The translations under genes and the position numbers were made by a program. Shown here one piece after another: positions 1 through 10,850 of a stretch of DNA of 64,000 bases (position 1 is the first letter of the stretch; every line of letters starts with the position of its first letter). The stretch is from positions 1 to 64,000 of the IMG/VR virus record IMGVR_UViG_2690315929_000005; one strand, written 5' to 3'. The stretch is from an uncultured virus (IMG/VR IMGVR_UViG_2690315929_000005) (Duplodnaviria > Heunggongvirae > Uroviricota > Caudoviricetes). The notes beneath the pieces are model-generated. The model did not search any database and was not told the origin of the DNA. It was given only the letters and a program-made list of their open reading frames with translations.

Positions 1-1158
1 TCATTTTAAATTCTCTACTTTTCTTAAGTGGGACGTATTTGGGACACAAGTGCCAAAAATACTGTCTATTTGCTTTGCATGTTCAGTTAAATGATTAGGC
101 GCTAGGTGAGCATACCTTCTAACCATATCAACTGATTCCCATCCGCCCATTTCTTGTAATACTGAAAGCGGAACTCCTGACTGAATTAACCAGCTCGCCC
201 ATGTGTGGCGCAGATCATGAAAACGGAAGTTTTCTATTCCTGCTCTTTTTAACGCTGCTCTCCATGCTGTGTTAGAATCAACTCGCATTTTCCTAACGCT
301 TGGTGTTAATGTTCCGTCTGGTCTCTTCTTTGATTCAGTATGAACAAATACCCACTTGTGATGGTTTCCTATTTGTTCCTTAAGAACCTGACAAGCAGTG
401 TCATTTAAAGCAACACCAATTGCTTGTCCTGATTTGCTATCCTCTGGGTTTATCCATGCAACTTTCCTTTGCATATCAATTTGACTCCACTCTAAATTGA
501 TAATATTGGATCGCCTTAATCCAGTGGCCAATGCAAATGTAACTACGGATTTCAGTGGTTCAGGGCATTCTTGAATCAGTCTTTTAGCTTCATGATGTTC
601 TAACCACCGAACCCGCTTTTCTCTGATTGTTGGGACTTTGATAACGGGAGATTTTTCTAACCATTTCCAGTCACGTTCAGCAGCTCTTAACAGAGATTTC
701 ATGATGGCAAGATGTTTTGCTTTGGTTGCGTTACTGACAGGGACATCAGTAAATGCGGGGATTTCCTTTCCCTTTCTTTTAGCTGATTCCGCTTGTTTTT
801 CCCATCTCTCCCTTGCTTTTCTGTTTACCATCTTATTGATAACGGAATATATTTTTGCTTCTGTAATATCCTTAAGTCGGTAACCTTCAAAGTGATCTAA
901 CCAAAAAGAAAGCCGACCTTTATCGTCATCCAGTGATTTTTTGTCTGCTTTCTCTTCAATCCATCGAACTATAGCCTCTTCGAAAGTAACATCAGGAAAG
1001 TCACCAAGACGCTCTATGCGCCATAACTCGACCTTTCTTGTGTCGTGCAACTCCTGCGCGAGCTTCTTGTCCTCTGTGCCAAGAGATTCCTTGATTCTTT
1101 TACCGCTTGGCGTCGTGTAGTTTCCGTACCATATTTTACCTCTTCTGAATAAAGACAT
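1..1158 (-). CDS. int: Tyrosine integrase, DLP12 IntD/P22 type
   Basis: N-term [11 protein letters not shown]...KRIKESLGT; catalytic motifs [21 protein letters not shown]. Confidence 0.95.
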   Translation of the reverse strand: MSLFRRGKIWYGNYTTPSGKRIKESLGTEDKKLAQELHDTRKVELWRIERLGDFPDVTFEEAIVRWIEEKADKKSLDDDKGRLSFWLDHFEGYRLKDITEAKIYSVINKMVNRKARERWEKQAESAKRKGKEIPAFTDVPVSNATKAKHLAIMKSLLRAAERDWKWLEKSPVIKVPTIREKRVRWLEHHEAKRLIQECPEPLKSVVTFALATGLRRSNIINLEWSQIDMQRKVAWINPEDSKSGQAIGVALNDTACQVLKEQIGNHHKWVFVHTESKKRPDGTLTPSVRKMRVDSNTAWRAALKRAGIENFRFHDLRHTWASWLIQSGVPLSVLQEMGGWESVDMVRRYAHLAPNHLTEHAKQIDSIFGTCVPNTSHLRKVENLK

Positions 1159-1382
1159 GATTTTCCCTCTCGTGTCTCACCAGCGTTCACTGGTATATTG
1201 TGAATTGATTTATTAGCTGCCGCAATACACGCGGCTCTCGTAAATAGGTATGGCGAGTTTTTCTTTGATGGATCCTTTCTTGTGTATGCAATCAATCCTA
1301 GCTTGCACCAACGAGAGAGTGTGTCTTCTGATATACCAATATATGCGGCAGCTTCTTTTCTTGGCATGGTCATCCCTTCCAT
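1014..1382 (-). CDS. xis: Excisionase, P22 Xis-like, overlapping the int 5' end
   Basis: [17 protein letters not shown] and [13 protein letters not shown] motif as in P22 Xis. Confidence 0.8.
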   Translation of the reverse strand: MEGMTMPRKEAAAYIGISEDTLSRWCKLGLIAYTRKDPSKKNSPYLFTRAACIAAANKSIHNIPVNAGETREGKSCLYSEEVKYGTETTRRQAVKESRNLLAQRTRSSRRSCTTQERSSYGA

Positions 1383-1391
1383 TTTACCCTC

Positions 1392-1589
1392 CTATCCATT
1401 CTTCCTTTTATACTGTTCATGATCATCACCGCAATCTTTACTGCAGTATGCGCTATTAGGTGCGACTGGTTCTTCGTGACACCAGATACACATCCCGTTA
1501 TATGATTTAATTGCTACCTTGCGATTTGATAATGACACTTGAATATATAGTTCGTTTGTTTCATTTGCTGAGTCGATAATGTCAATAAT
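1392..1589 (-). pseudogene. Small Zn-ribbon phage protein with no ATG (ATT start or lost start)
   Basis: Reads IIDIIDSANE...CIWC...YCSKDC...; in-frame TAA immediately before ATT ATT. Confidence 0.55.
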
Positions 1590-1593
1590 TTAC

Positions 1594-2148
1594 CTATGCT
1601 ATTTTCCATTCATTTAATATTTTACTTCCAATATTTAATAAATAATTTCTATTTACAGTATTGATTATTCTGCGAGGAGTTATATAAGGTCGCCATATTA
1701 AAAACATAGAACCTTTATTATTTCCGCTAACTGGCTTTTTTGTTTCTGCATTAATAAAAGATATTCGACCTCCCGTAATTAATCTTACTTCATCAACTGT
1801 TTCTAATGCTGATTCATACCAACCAACAGAAGTATCAGAAGGAACTAACATAACAACAGGCTGTAATTGCTTTTTGCATTGCTCAGCGGCTTTGTTTACC
1901 CATGGCTGAATATCTGAATAGGGCGGATTCACCCAAATAGCTCCGTAACTTTCCCAGTCGCAATTCAACGAGTCGTCTTTTTCGGTGAGGTAATGAGAAC
2001 AGAGAGCATTATTTTTATCGGCAGCGGCATCTAAATAAAAACCAAATTCAGCGTCCAATGGCGCAAACAAAGGTAGGGGAGTTTGCCATCTATCACGCAA
2101 TTCCTTTGGTGTGTGGCTACCTCCATAATCAGCTTTCATTCTCCGCAT
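1594..2148 (-). CDS. dam: Phage N6-adenine DNA methyltransferase (phage Dam family)
   Basis: WQTP, LDAAA and NPPY motifs. Confidence 0.9.
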   Translation of the reverse strand: MRRMKADYGGSHTPKELRDRWQTPLPLFAPLDAEFGFYLDAAADKNNALCSHYLTEKDDSLNCDWESYGAIWVNPPYSDIQPWVNKAAEQCKKQLQPVVMLVPSDTSVGWYESALETVDEVRLITGGRISFINAETKKPVSGNNKGSMFLIWRPYITPRRIINTVNRNYLLNIGSKILNEWKIA

Positions 2149-2482
2149 CCTTAATACACAAGAAAATAATCATTGCTGCTTTTAATGGGCTGGCAATGCT
2201 GCACTCTATATTTCCGTCATTAGTTGCAAACTGGAACTTCCTATCTTGATATACAAGACTAATTCCATATGCATTGATAATTACCCACGCATTATTTACT
2301 GTGCAGCAAAAATCCAACTCACACCCTTTTTGGCTTATTATATCTCCGTAATTATGGTTTGAGGGAACATTCCAAATCAACTTACCTACATCGCTCGCAA
2401 TAAATAAATGTGGTAGCAAACCTAACGCTTCAGCAACCTTTTTATTAATCTCGAAGTCAGATAGTTCGGTGTATTTATTCAT
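2129..2482 (-). CDS. NinX-family (DUF2591) protein
   Basis: LSDFEINKKVAEALG...AW.II...ISL...PLKAAMIIFL. Confidence 0.75.
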   Translation of the reverse strand: MNKYTELSDFEINKKVAEALGLLPHLFIASDVGKLIWNVPSNHNYGDIISQKGCELDFCCTVNNAWVIINAYGISLVYQDRKFQFATNDGNIECSIASPLKAAMIIFLCIKDAENES

Positions 2483-2789
2483 TGATTAACTCCAGCATTT
2501 TCTCATTGTACCAATCTCGGTTGTCCCACCAATCGTGCACTAAGTAAGGCGCGTAAAGTTCTTCTCGAACCAATTCAATAACCCCAATTTTCTCATACCC
2601 CTTAACTTTAACCTTATCGCCGACTTTAAATTTCATCGCCATACCTCTCCACAAACTATTTCAACATCCCGCACCTGCATTATTTGCATAGCACGACTCT
2701 CGCATTCTTGCTGTGTGTATATTTGCTCAGTTACAGGCACAGCAGACCCTGTATTAGCACTAGTAATACATATCCGATTATTTGCATGG

Positions 2790-3158
2790 TTATTCTTCGT
2801 TTATTTTAATGCCTGAGACAATACCAACAATTGAATCAGTAATTGATATGTCATAACCATCATTCAGTATTATATCTGCCATAGTATCTAAATTACCGGC
2901 ATAGTCTTCGCCATTGATATTGCAATCATATTGATGGAGTATTGCGTACAATGTTTTCTCAATTGCATGATTAACCATTCCCTTAATTATCATATTTCCG
3001 TCATTTCGCATTACGCCGCTAATAATTAAATCATGAGATTTTTTCTCAACAATTTTTAGTAGGTTTGATATTTTAATTGCCGCTTGCTCATCTTTTGCAT
3101 TTTTCAGAAAAGAACCATCAGGGAAACCGTTATCATATGTTATTGGTATTTTATTCAT
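2790..3158 (-). CDS. Hypothetical phage protein
   Basis: 122-aa ORF in early left operon. Confidence 0.6.
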   Translation of the reverse strand: MNKIPITYDNGFPDGSFLKNAKDEQAAIKISNLLKIVEKKSHDLIISGVMRNDGNMIIKGMVNHAIEKTLYAILHQYDCNINGEDYAGNLDTMADIILNDGYDISITDSIVGIVSGIKINEE

Positions 3159-3167
3159 TTTTTATTT

Positions 3168-3524
3168 TCACTCCCAATCTTCTTTAATTAATTGCTTACC
3201 TTTATCAGTTAATTCGAGATTTCGACCAGTATCAATTCCGTAGCCTAAATCCTCTAAAAATTCGCAAGCATTCTCGCCAGCCGACATAAATAAATGGTCA
3301 TCATTTGCATATTGCCGGAAAACTAAAATTAAATGTCTGATTGCTTGGTCGCGTTCTTTTTCCAAACTCTCGCGTGATGCTTGCCAGCTAATCCACATTA
3401 AATCTACATATTGGTCAGCGTAATTTAATCCGTTATTTGCACGTTTAAGTTTTGATTCAAATTCTGACGGGTCGCTAAGTTGCTTTATTGCCTCTTCAAA
3501 CTGCTGTCTTGATTTATCCATCAC
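3168..3524 (-). CDS. Hypothetical phage protein
   Basis: SRQQFE...W.SWQASR motif common in lambdoid early proteins. Confidence 0.65.
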   Translation of the reverse strand: MMDKSRQQFEEAIKQLSDPSEFESKLKRANNGLNYADQYVDLMWISWQASRESLEKERDQAIRHLILVFRQYANDDHLFMSAGENACEFLEDLGYGIDTGRNLELTDKGKQLIKEDWE

Positions 3525-3814
3525 TCCACCTTTTTAATATTTTCGATTGCCAATTCCATTTTATGACGTGCTGATGAATTAGAAGAATGAACAATAATTT
3601 CAGGTGCTTTAAATCCATTTAAATAAACTTGTTCTTCTATCCACAATAAAACGTCATAGCCTGTACCTCGTTCATCATCACCTAAATCATGGTCTAGGCT
3701 GATTAACTCAACCTCGCCAGTCTCCAGTAATTTAATCGCTTCATCAGGCCAGTAAGCGCGAACAAATCCATCTGGCGTTTGGCGCTCGTCGTCGAGATAG
3801 ACTTTCATATTCAT
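3521..3814 (-). CDS. Cyclic-phosphate-processing receiver-like domain protein
   Basis: YLDDER.TP, ISLDHDLG, TGYD, IIVHSSN motifs. Confidence 0.75.
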   Translation of the reverse strand: MNMKVYLDDERQTPDGFVRAYWPDEAIKLLETGEVELISLDHDLGDDERGTGYDVLLWIEEQVYLNGFKAPEIIVHSSNSSARHKMELAIENIKKVE

Positions 3815-3843
3815 TCCTCTTCATTGCATCCCTGCACCGATCC

Positions 3844-4182
3844 CTAATTCCAATTAGATATTTCTTCTTCGATTAAGTCGTCTATCTCTCCGTTAGTTGC
3901 TTCTTCATTGAGAAACAAACGGGCTTCAGTAATATATTTTTCTCTGTTCTCATCAAAGAACTTTGAAAATTCAGGCGACCATCCGTGGTAATCCCCATCA
4001 ATATCAAATTTGGCATTATTAAAAGCCATATCTTCAATCATACCGTCAGCAGTAATCACGCCAGACTCACGACAAAATCCCTTTAAGTCGCGCTTTCTGA
4101 AATAAGGTGAAACCTTAGAATCACAAACACTCTTGAATCGTTGCTTCCATCTCTGAATGCAACGACCATGCAAACTTTTCAT
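3844..4182 (-). CDS. Hypothetical phage protein
   Basis: 112-aa ORF with RBS. Confidence 0.6.
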   Translation of the reverse strand: MKSLHGRCIQRWKQRFKSVCDSKVSPYFRKRDLKGFCRESGVITADGMIEDMAFNNAKFDIDGDYHGWSPEFSKFFDENREKYITEARLFLNEEATNGEIDDLIEEEISNWN

Positions 4183-4214
4183 GGTTATATCCTTTGGTTA
4201 AACGGGTAGGGTGG

Positions 4215-4667
4215 TTAAAATGGGATGTCATCATCAAAGTCCATCGGTGGCTCATTTTGTGGTGCTTGCGGTTGTTGCGCTGGTTGCTGTGGCTTCTGGC
4301 TTCCTGCCTGATTACCACCGTTACCACCTAACATCTGCATTGTTCCACCAATATTGACCACTACTTCCGTTGTATATCGGTCTTGCCCGCTTTGGTCAGT
4401 CCATTTTCTGGTTTGCAGAGAACCTTCTATGTATACCTGTGAGCCTTTTCTCAGATATTCACCTGCAATTTCGGCTAATTTTCCGAAGATGCATACTCGA
4501 TGCCACTCAGTTTTCTCTTTCATCTCACCGGTTTGTTTATCACGCCACGATTCCGATGTGGCTAGTGTGATATTAGCGACTGCACCACCACTTGGCATAT
4601 AACGGATTTCTGGATCCTGCCCCAAGTGACCAATGAGAATACATTTATTCACGCCTTTACTTGCCAT
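4215..4667 (-). CDS. ssb: Single-stranded DNA-binding protein
   Basis: [20 protein letters not shown]...DFDDDIPF. Confidence 0.97.
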   Translation of the reverse strand: MASKGVNKCILIGHLGQDPEIRYMPSGGAVANITLATSESWRDKQTGEMKEKTEWHRVCIFGKLAEIAGEYLRKGSQVYIEGSLQTRKWTDQSGQDRYTTEVVVNIGGTMQMLGGNGGNQAGSQKPQQPAQQPQAPQNEPPMDFDDDIPF

Positions 4668-5355
4668 ATACACTCCATTGATTGCCAAATTGAATGCCTA
4701 ACTTGTTTAATCCCTGATCCATCACCTCAATGAACTCAGGTACTAACTCGTCAAATTCTTTCATCATTTTTTCGTCACGCTCAACAGGGAAGTATGCTAT
4801 TTCTTTCCCAGCCGGCATTCGTGGGTCAAAATTTGCAAAATGCCAGATATCCTTACCTGTAACCCACATGGAATATTGAACTTGAGCCACATATTCCTTT
4901 TTCATTGCATCGATTCCGTTCAATGCTAAGTCAATAAATACGTCCGTGTTGTTCGGGCATTTAAGCTCTAATCCTGAGCCATCACTGCAAATGCCGTCTG
5001 GTGAGCAAGCTATCCGTAGTTGCTCATCTTTGAATATTATTGGCACTTCCTTTGCCGTTAATCCTGTGTAAAACTCGAATGTCATCCTTGCTTCTAATTC
5101 GTAGTTTTTACCCCATTCCAGCGTCCTTGCTGATACCTCCTTGTAAATTCCCGTGCAGACTTCACCAATAAGGGTGTTTAAATATGTTTTCTTTGTGTCT
5201 GTCCATTTTGTTCCTGATCTTGGCTTAGAGATAACTTTCCATGCCTCAGAGGCAGTTACTACGCCAAGCCTGATAGACATCCATTCTTCGCTTCCTTGCT
5301 CTACTTTGGTTAAATCGATGCCTGTTTTGCTTAGAATGATGTCATTACTAATCAT
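4657..5355 (-). CDS. exo: Lambda-type exonuclease (YqaJ family)
   Basis: QGSEEW...R.G..TAS, CSPDG, ELKCP, QVQYSMW. Confidence 0.92.
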   Translation of the reverse strand: MISNDIILSKTGIDLTKVEQGSEEWMSIRLGVVTASEAWKVISKPRSGTKWTDTKKTYLNTLIGEVCTGIYKEVSARTLEWGKNYELEARMTFEFYTGLTAKEVPIIFKDEQLRIACSPDGICSDGSGLELKCPNNTDVFIDLALNGIDAMKKEYVAQVQYSMWVTGKDIWHFANFDPRMPAGKEIAYFPVERDEKMMKEFDELVPEFIEVMDQGLNKLGIQFGNQWSVYGK

Positions 5356-6278
5356 TTCCCTTCTGCCTTTTTCCTTAGCATGTCGATAATGGTATTGGCT
5401 TCAAATGCGGTTAATTGCTCTGGATGGGATATTTGATGGTTGAATTTTTTACTAATGAATGTGAAGAATGCGTCACTCCATTCGCCATTAACTTTAAGCA
5501 TCAAGTCCGTGATAGCCTTTAATTGATCTTCACTTGCTGGCGTTATGTCCCTTGGTTCTTGTTGCTCGTTCCCAAAATCAATACCTTCTCCAGCCTCAGT
5601 ATTAACATAGTCAATAGCCTTATCTAAACGTTCTCTTCGAGGCCAGTATTTGGCTGCTTGTTTCACTACTGTTTTTAGAATCATCTGCTCTTCGTCAGTT
5701 ACCCAAGGACACGATTTTTTCTTTGATATCCAAGCTTTCCATGCTGTTGAGCGGTCACGTATTGCGTAAATATCAGCAATAGCCATTGTGTGAGTTAGAT
5801 AGTCTCCATCTTCTGTTTTTACTACTGTGTAAGCGCCAACAATCTCACCTCTCTGCTCCTGAGTAGCAAAGGCGTTGTATTCGTGGCGAGGTGCGGTATC
5901 TATTGATGTAAGTTGGAAATTATCATTTTGTCGAACAATGCTTGATTGACACCACTTAATAGCCTGTGATTGTTGAGCAATATGCATCAATCCCATGTAA
6001 CTGATATCGAGACATACTTTCTTGTCTCTAGGAACTAGGTAAGCCAACTTTTGCGCTGGGTTTAAACTAATTCCGATAGCTGAGACATTCATGATCGCAC
6101 TACGAACTGACACAAGATTATTAACTGCAACATTTGCCAGATAATCATTGTTCGCGAATATTTGCATGGCAAATTCAGATTCCCTTTTGAATGCAATGCT
6201 TGGCTCGCTACACACTTGTTCGAACTCATTTTTAAGAGGATTTACAACCTCATATATTTTTTGAACTGCATTTGTCAC
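5352..6278 (-). CDS. recT: RecT-family ssDNA annealing protein
   Basis: GISLNP...AYLVP, ISYMGL, PW....EQMILKTV; adjacent to exo. Confidence 0.88.
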   Translation of the reverse strand: MTNAVQKIYEVVNPLKNEFEQVCSEPSIAFKRESEFAMQIFANNDYLANVAVNNLVSVRSAIMNVSAIGISLNPAQKLAYLVPRDKKVCLDISYMGLMHIAQQSQAIKWCQSSIVRQNDNFQLTSIDTAPRHEYNAFATQEQRGEIVGAYTVVKTEDGDYLTHTMAIADIYAIRDRSTAWKAWISKKKSCPWVTDEEQMILKTVVKQAAKYWPRRERLDKAIDYVNTEAGEGIDFGNEQQEPRDITPASEDQLKAITDLMLKVNGEWSDAFFTFISKKFNHQISHPEQLTAFEANTIIDMLRKKAEGK

Positions 6279-6496
6279 GACATCCTCCTACGTTCCTGAT
6301 AGCTCTTTAACTCCTTATAAAGACCATCAATTGTCATATCGAAAACGCTGTCACTCCATTGACTGGTAATATCCTTTGGTAATCCATCAACCACATTAAA
6401 TGCGACATTACTTAATTCAGCGTCCTTTGCATCAATCCATGATGCTTCTTCTTGTTTGCGTTCTTCCCTTGCGTCAAGTTCATGGTAAGGATTCAC
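6275..6496 (-). CDS. Hypothetical phage protein
   Basis: Translationally coupled ORF. Confidence 0.6.
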   Translation of the reverse strand: MNPYHELDAREERKQEEASWIDAKDAELSNVAFNVVDGLPKDITSQWSDSVFDMTIDGLYKELKSYQERRRMS

Positions 6497-6753
6497 GCAA
6501 CCCTCCTTAGCAGAGCCAGCTTAGAAATAGGGGCATCCATGCTTGCTTCATTGACAATCCTGTCAATCTCTTCCTTGTCGAACTGCATAATCCATTGCAG
6601 AGCTTCCACTGGGTCAATTTCCGTTAATTTAGCCAACTCAGCGAAACTTCCTGTCTCAATGCTAAGTTTGCTACTTTCGTCAAATTCCATGACTGTTTTG
6701 CCGTCTACTACCCGAGTTCCGTTCGAGTAGCTGTATGAAATTTGCATAATCAC
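6493..6753 (-). CDS. Hypothetical phage protein
   Basis: Translationally coupled ORF. Confidence 0.6.
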   Translation of the reverse strand: MIMQISYSYSNGTRVVDGKTVMEFDESSKLSIETGSFAELAKLTEIDPVEALQWIMQFDKEEIDRIVNEASMDAPISKLALLRRVA

Positions 6754-6965
6754 CTCAACTTACAAATGTCGGTATTACGCCGACTGTTATCACAATGACC
6801 ACAGCTAAACTGAATAACCATGGGCTTGTACGTTTATTTTTACGTGCTTGAGGCGTAGTGATACGCACCGCCATGCAATCACGCATAGCGCTGTAATAGT
6901 TAGTTTTCATTGTTACCTCGCTAGGTGAGCGATAGGGTGGTTATCTGGTGTTGGTGCGGTGGGTA

Positions 6966-7907
6966 TTAGTAGTTCATTGTCATGTGGGGGATTTTATTAC
7001 TAGCAACTAACTTAATAAATTCAGTCGCTAATTTTTCATCAAACCCGTGACTTGCCAAGGCTTGTAAGGTTTCTTGGTTATACTTGCGACGATGTTCCTT
7101 ATCAGCCTGACGTTTAGCTTCCTCCTGACGCTTACGTTCTTCTTCTGCTAATCGCGCTTGTTCTGCTTCCTGTGCTTTCTTGCGTTCGGCTTCGATAGCT
7201 AATTGTTTCTCACGTTCGGCTCGCTCCTGAGCTTCTTTAGCATCACGTTCAGCCTTTTCCTTAGCTTCTTTTGCTGCTTGCTCTGCACGTTGAATTGCTT
7301 CCTGCTTTTCACGCTCTGCACGTTCAGCGGCTTCTTTTGCTTCACGCTCACGCCGTGCTGCCGCTTCAATTTCTTGCTGTGCTTTGCGCTCAGCTTCAAG
7401 TCTTGCCTGTTCCGCAGCTTGTCGCTTCATTTCTTCTTCACGAGCAATGCGTTTGCGTTCTTCTTCAGCTTTGCTTAAATCAAACAGCTCGTTCATTTGC
7501 AGAGCTTCTTCATGATCAACTTCGATTTGCTTCTTAAGCGCTTCGGCTTCTTCGCGAGCTTTTTCTTGTGCTTCCCACTCTGTTAGTGGCTTGCGAATTT
7601 CTGTGCTCAATGCATCTAATTCGTCACGAAATATCTTACGGCTAGCATCAACTTTTTTAGGTAGCTCTTTTAGCTTATCGACAACTGCTTTACCTTCCTT
7701 GTCGATATACGTTTTTGTTTGAGCAACTTTGTACGCCAGAGATGCAAAAGCCTTTCGGTTTTTAGCTACTGAGAAATCACTGTCGAGTTCTTTACGCTCT
7801 TCTTCTGCAAGAGATTTAATGTGCTCCAGCATCTGATTTACTTTTTCTGGTGCCGTAAACAAATCTAGCGCCGTAGCTTGCTCAATTACGACTAATTCAT
7901 TTGCCAT
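6966..7907 (-). CDS. Coiled-coil phage protein (E/A/K/R-rich)
   Basis: ASLAYKVAQTKTYID...ELPKKVDASRK...IRKPLTEWE plus a long coiled coil. Confidence 0.75.
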   Translation of the reverse strand: MANELVVIEQATALDLFTAPEKVNQMLEHIKSLAEEERKELDSDFSVAKNRKAFASLAYKVAQTKTYIDKEGKAVVDKLKELPKKVDASRKIFRDELDALSTEIRKPLTEWEAQEKAREEAEALKKQIEVDHEEALQMNELFDLSKAEEERKRIAREEEMKRQAAEQARLEAERKAQQEIEAAARREREAKEAAERAEREKQEAIQRAEQAAKEAKEKAERDAKEAQERAEREKQLAIEAERKKAQEAEQARLAEEERKRQEEAKRQADKEHRRKYNQETLQALASHGFDEKLATEFIKLVASNKIPHMTMNY

Positions 7908-7989
7908 TCCTATGTTCCTTATGTGCGTATTCCTCACTATTAATAGCGATATGAATGATTAAGTGGTGGGTTACTACTGACCGAGGGCT

Positions 7990-8223
7990 TTAGAGTTTTG
8001 CTACAACTTCGTCATAATTAACTTCAAAGTATTCGCAGGTTTCTTTCAAGTCGTTAAAGTTAATTGCGTGATTTAAGGCGCTAACTTCATCCTGAGTTAA
8101 TTGTTCATCTCGGTAGTCATTAAATCCAACCGATAACAACTTACCGCCTAATATCTCCGTTCCTGCGTTTACAGACGGCTCCTTGCCATCTTCATACTCA
8201 ACTACGAATGTCATTTTTCCCAT
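7990..8223 (-). CDS. Hypothetical phage protein
   Basis: ORF with strong RBS. Confidence 0.6.
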   Translation of the reverse strand: MGKMTFVVEYEDGKEPSVNAGTEILGGKLLSVGFNDYRDEQLTQDEVSALNHAINFNDLKETCEYFEVNYDEVVAKL

Positions 8224-8294
8224 GTCATACCCCCTCCGTTATTAACTAAAGCAACAGTTTCCAAAATGGAAAAAGTTGCTCTATCTCCTATCTA

Positions 8295-8483
8295 TTAATC
8301 ACCAAGCCATTCAAGGTATTGCATCTCTTGAATAACTTGCTCGTCTGTTGGCTCTCTGTTCTCTTTATTGCATTCCTTGCAGTTAGTTGCCGCTACAGGT
8401 TGACCCATGCATCCACATTCACGACCAGAGCAACAGGTGATAAACTCAATGCCGTCTTGGCAATATTTATTGCTACACTTCAT
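8295..8483 (-). CDS. Small Cys-rich protein
   Basis: CCSGRECGCMG...CKEC. Confidence 0.6.
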   Translation of the reverse strand: MKCSNKYCQDGIEFITCCSGRECGCMGQPVAATNCKECNKENREPTDEQVIQEMQYLEWLGD

Positions 8484-8576
8484 TGCGGCTCCTATCTATT
8501 AATCAACTCACCACAGCCCACAGAATGGACTGTAATTAGTTAACTGTGCCCGTTTATTTATCCACTTAGGGCGTCA

Positions 8577-9164
8577 GTGGTTTCTCTAGTCCCCACCAAA
8601 GAAATTGGTTACAATGTGTTCACCCCACCAATGAAAAAGGAAAACAACATGCACGTTCTATCTGAGAGGCAAGAAATGATTATTCAAGCATTAAATAATA
8701 GAGAATTCTTAATGAAACCAATAAATCAGGATAAATTTAACGAGTTACTGGAAGAATTCGGAGAAGACCAACTAGCAAGAGAGTTGGACTACTTGCAAAA
8801 AAGAGGGTTAGTACAAGACGGTGCTGTGAGAATCGGCGTTGTCGATGATGAACCCTATTCTTTTAATATTCACAAAATGGGGTTAACCGCTGATGGTGTT
8901 GACTGCGCTAATGCCGACACTCTTGGTAACAAATTAAACGTTGTGAACATAAAAATTCACGAAAGCACCATTAACAATTTAGAAGCAATGATCAGAGCCG
9001 TTAACCTACCTGATGAAGATAAAAAAACTCTTCTCGATATGGTAAAGGAAAAGGGCGCTGAAGCTGTTGTTAGTAGAATGGTTGATTATGCATTTGCTAA
9101 CGCGAGCATTGCTACTAAGTTATTCCTTGAAGCTACCAAAACAAAACTTGGATTTCATGACTAA
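8577..9164 (+). CDS. Accessory protein transcribed against the pL operon (start probably 8648); possible winged helix
   Basis: LDYLQKRGLV...LTADGVD; opposite orientation to neighbours. Confidence 0.65.
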   Translation: MVSLVPTKEIGYNVFTPPMKKENNMHVLSERQEMIIQALNNREFLMKPINQDKFNELLEEFGEDQLARELDYLQKRGLVQDGAVRIGVVDDEPYSFNIHKMGLTADGVDCANADTLGNKLNVVNIKIHESTINNLEAMIRAVNLPDEDKKTLLDMVKEKGAEAVVSRMVDYAFANASIATKLFLEATKTKLGFHD

Positions 9165-9179
9165 GCCCATCCGTGGGCT

Positions 9180-9491
9180 TTATCTCGCCGTAACCCCGAA
9201 CTCACTGCTCGGCTGTTTTGTTTTAACTCCTGAAAATACTGCTACATTAGGTAAGCAACAGTTATCTCCACTTGGATAATGCTTTGTTGGTTTGAGAGAG
9301 AGAACAGGGCGTTCTGGTTTCTCTTTCACTGAGTTAGCTTTAGCAATCTCTTCTTCTTTCAGTTTGTTAGCTCTGAAAGATGCATATCTAGCATATTGCC
9401 TAGCCTTGAATGAGTTACTGTTAACTTTCTTAACGCTAACTGGTGTTGGATTGCCTTTAAATTTCTTTGGTGGTTGATAGTAAATTTCCAC
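9180..9491 (-). CDS. N: Antitermination protein N-like
   Basis: First gene after pL and nutL; basic helix and C-terminal CLPNVAVF...TAR resembling N-family proteins. Confidence 0.7.
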   Translation of the reverse strand: MEIYYQPPKKFKGNPTPVSVKKVNSNSFKARQYARYASFRANKLKEEEIAKANSVKEKPERPVLSLKPTKHYPSGDNCCLPNVAVFSGVKTKQPSSEFGVTAR

Positions 9492-9714
9492 ATAACCTCC
9501 GTTATTCTTTTACTTACCATAGGTCACTCATTGAATGACCTATAATTAGTATTCTTGCGCTTACATACCTAACATCTGCCAGTGTTGCCTATTCCCATCT
9601 GTAATCACTCTCGTGCAGTAGTAACATTCTCACTAGCCAGATCGTGCCTAGTGATACGTCGCATTTTTGCGTAAGGGTCTAAACAGGGTAGGTATGCTGT
9701 TCCGACTTTCCAAA

Positions 9715-9727
9715 TTGTTAAAGAACA
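9715..9727 (-). promoter_or_regulatory. nutL boxA
   Basis: TGTTCTTTAACAA on the minus strand just downstream of pL. Confidence 0.7.
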
Positions 9728-9764
9728 TTAGGCTGTATTTCATGTTGTTTGCCTTCGATGAGTT

Positions 9765-9808
9765 ATATTTAAAACTATAGTTGTTTTATTGTCAACAACC
9801 AAAGTTGT
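9765..9808 (-). promoter_or_regulatory. pL promoter and OL operators
   Basis: -35 TTGACA (9789-9794, minus strand) flanked by 14-bp ACAA-N6-TTGT-type sites at 9771-9784 and 9795-9808. Confidence 0.75.
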
Positions 9809-9923
9809 TTGTAATGGTGTTTTTATATTGCTTTGGTTTTATTTGGTTGTTTTTGTTGGTAATTTATTTTCAAAAAAATCTCAGATTGGAATGTAGGTCA
9901 CTTATTTCGAGGGGAGAGGGCAC

Positions 9924-9947
9924 AAAAAAGCCCTCGCGTGGAGGGCT
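9924..9947 (-). terminator. Intrinsic terminator after the NYN gene
   Basis: GCCCTC/GAGGGC stem plus U6 on the minus strand. Confidence 0.75.
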
Positions 9948-9953
9948 GGGAGA

Positions 9954-10784
9954 TTATCTTCTTTTAGGTTTTGTTCTATGCTTGCTTGTTTTTTTTCTAA
10001 CTTCTGATCTGGCTACTTTATCTTCCCACCAATCTGGCATGGGCTCTGGGGTTACTTGTAGTATGTCTGCAATTGCAGAAATTAAACTATAAGATTGAAT
10101 CCCATCTATATGTTCAGATAGAGTTGGTGATACATCTTGCCTTAATGGGTCTAAGATGAAGTCTATTCCTTTTGTTCTTGCGTGTTTAGCTGCCGGGACA
10201 AAATCTGAGTCACCAGCCACCAAAACCATTACATCTACTAATTTTTCATATGCAAGCATGGTTATATCCATGCCTAGCTTAATGTCTACAGCTTTTTGTT
10301 TTATGTCGTAATGAAAATCATCATTGGTCAGTTGTTCCCATTTTTTCCGGCCAGCAAGAAGATCTTTGAGCGTGTGTTCATTTATTTGCCAACGCTTACT
10401 ATCAACTAGTGTTCCCATTCTAAGGGCTGTTTTTCTGCTTTTCCTTAACTCTTCATGGAGTTCTGTTCTTAGAATATAAGATGGCTCTAGTTTAAAATTT
10501 TTCCTTGGTGGCGACGTGTGCCCTTTTTCGGCTGGCAACGGGTACCTTGTTTGTATATCAAGAGGTGGGCAATCGTAGAAATAAATTCGGTATAATTCCA
10601 GTGGAGATCTATGCTCATGAGAGCCATGTCTTTTGTTCAAGTGATACTGAACAAGCCCCCATATTAATTTCATTAGATGAGATGCATTTAAATCATGACC
10701 TTTAAAATGCTTACGCCTTACAGCGTTAACTCGTGAGATAAAGAATCCTGCATCAATAAGAATAGCTGTCTTTTTCATAATCAA
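9954..10784 (-). CDS. NYN-domain (LabA/DUF88, PIN-like) RNase in the immunity region
   Basis: AILIDAGF, YRIYFYDCPP, QKAVDIKLGMD, AGDSDFVPA. Confidence 0.85.
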   Translation of the reverse strand: MIMKKTAILIDAGFFISRVNAVRRKHFKGHDLNASHLMKLIWGLVQYHLNKRHGSHEHRSPLELYRIYFYDCPPLDIQTRYPLPAEKGHTSPPRKNFKLEPSYILRTELHEELRKSRKTALRMGTLVDSKRWQINEHTLKDLLAGRKKWEQLTNDDFHYDIKQKAVDIKLGMDITMLAYEKLVDVMVLVAGDSDFVPAAKHARTKGIDFILDPLRQDVSPTLSEHIDGIQSYSLISAIADILQVTPEPMPDWWEDKVARSEVRKKTSKHRTKPKRR

Positions 10785-10786
10785 AT

Positions 10787-10850
10787 AAAAAACGCCCAGA
10801 GCCGTTATGTAGATATTAACTATTGTCTACGAACGGGGCTGGGCTTGACG
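10787..10850 (-). ncRNA. Structured leader RNA or attenuator upstream of the NYN gene
   Basis: Long hairpin 10794-10844 followed by a U tract, downstream of a TTGACA..TAGTCT promoter-like sequence. Confidence 0.5.

Noticed and set aside
6966..7907. TolA homolog
   Set aside because: Similarity is only low-complexity coiled coil; no TolA transmembrane anchor or C-terminal domain.
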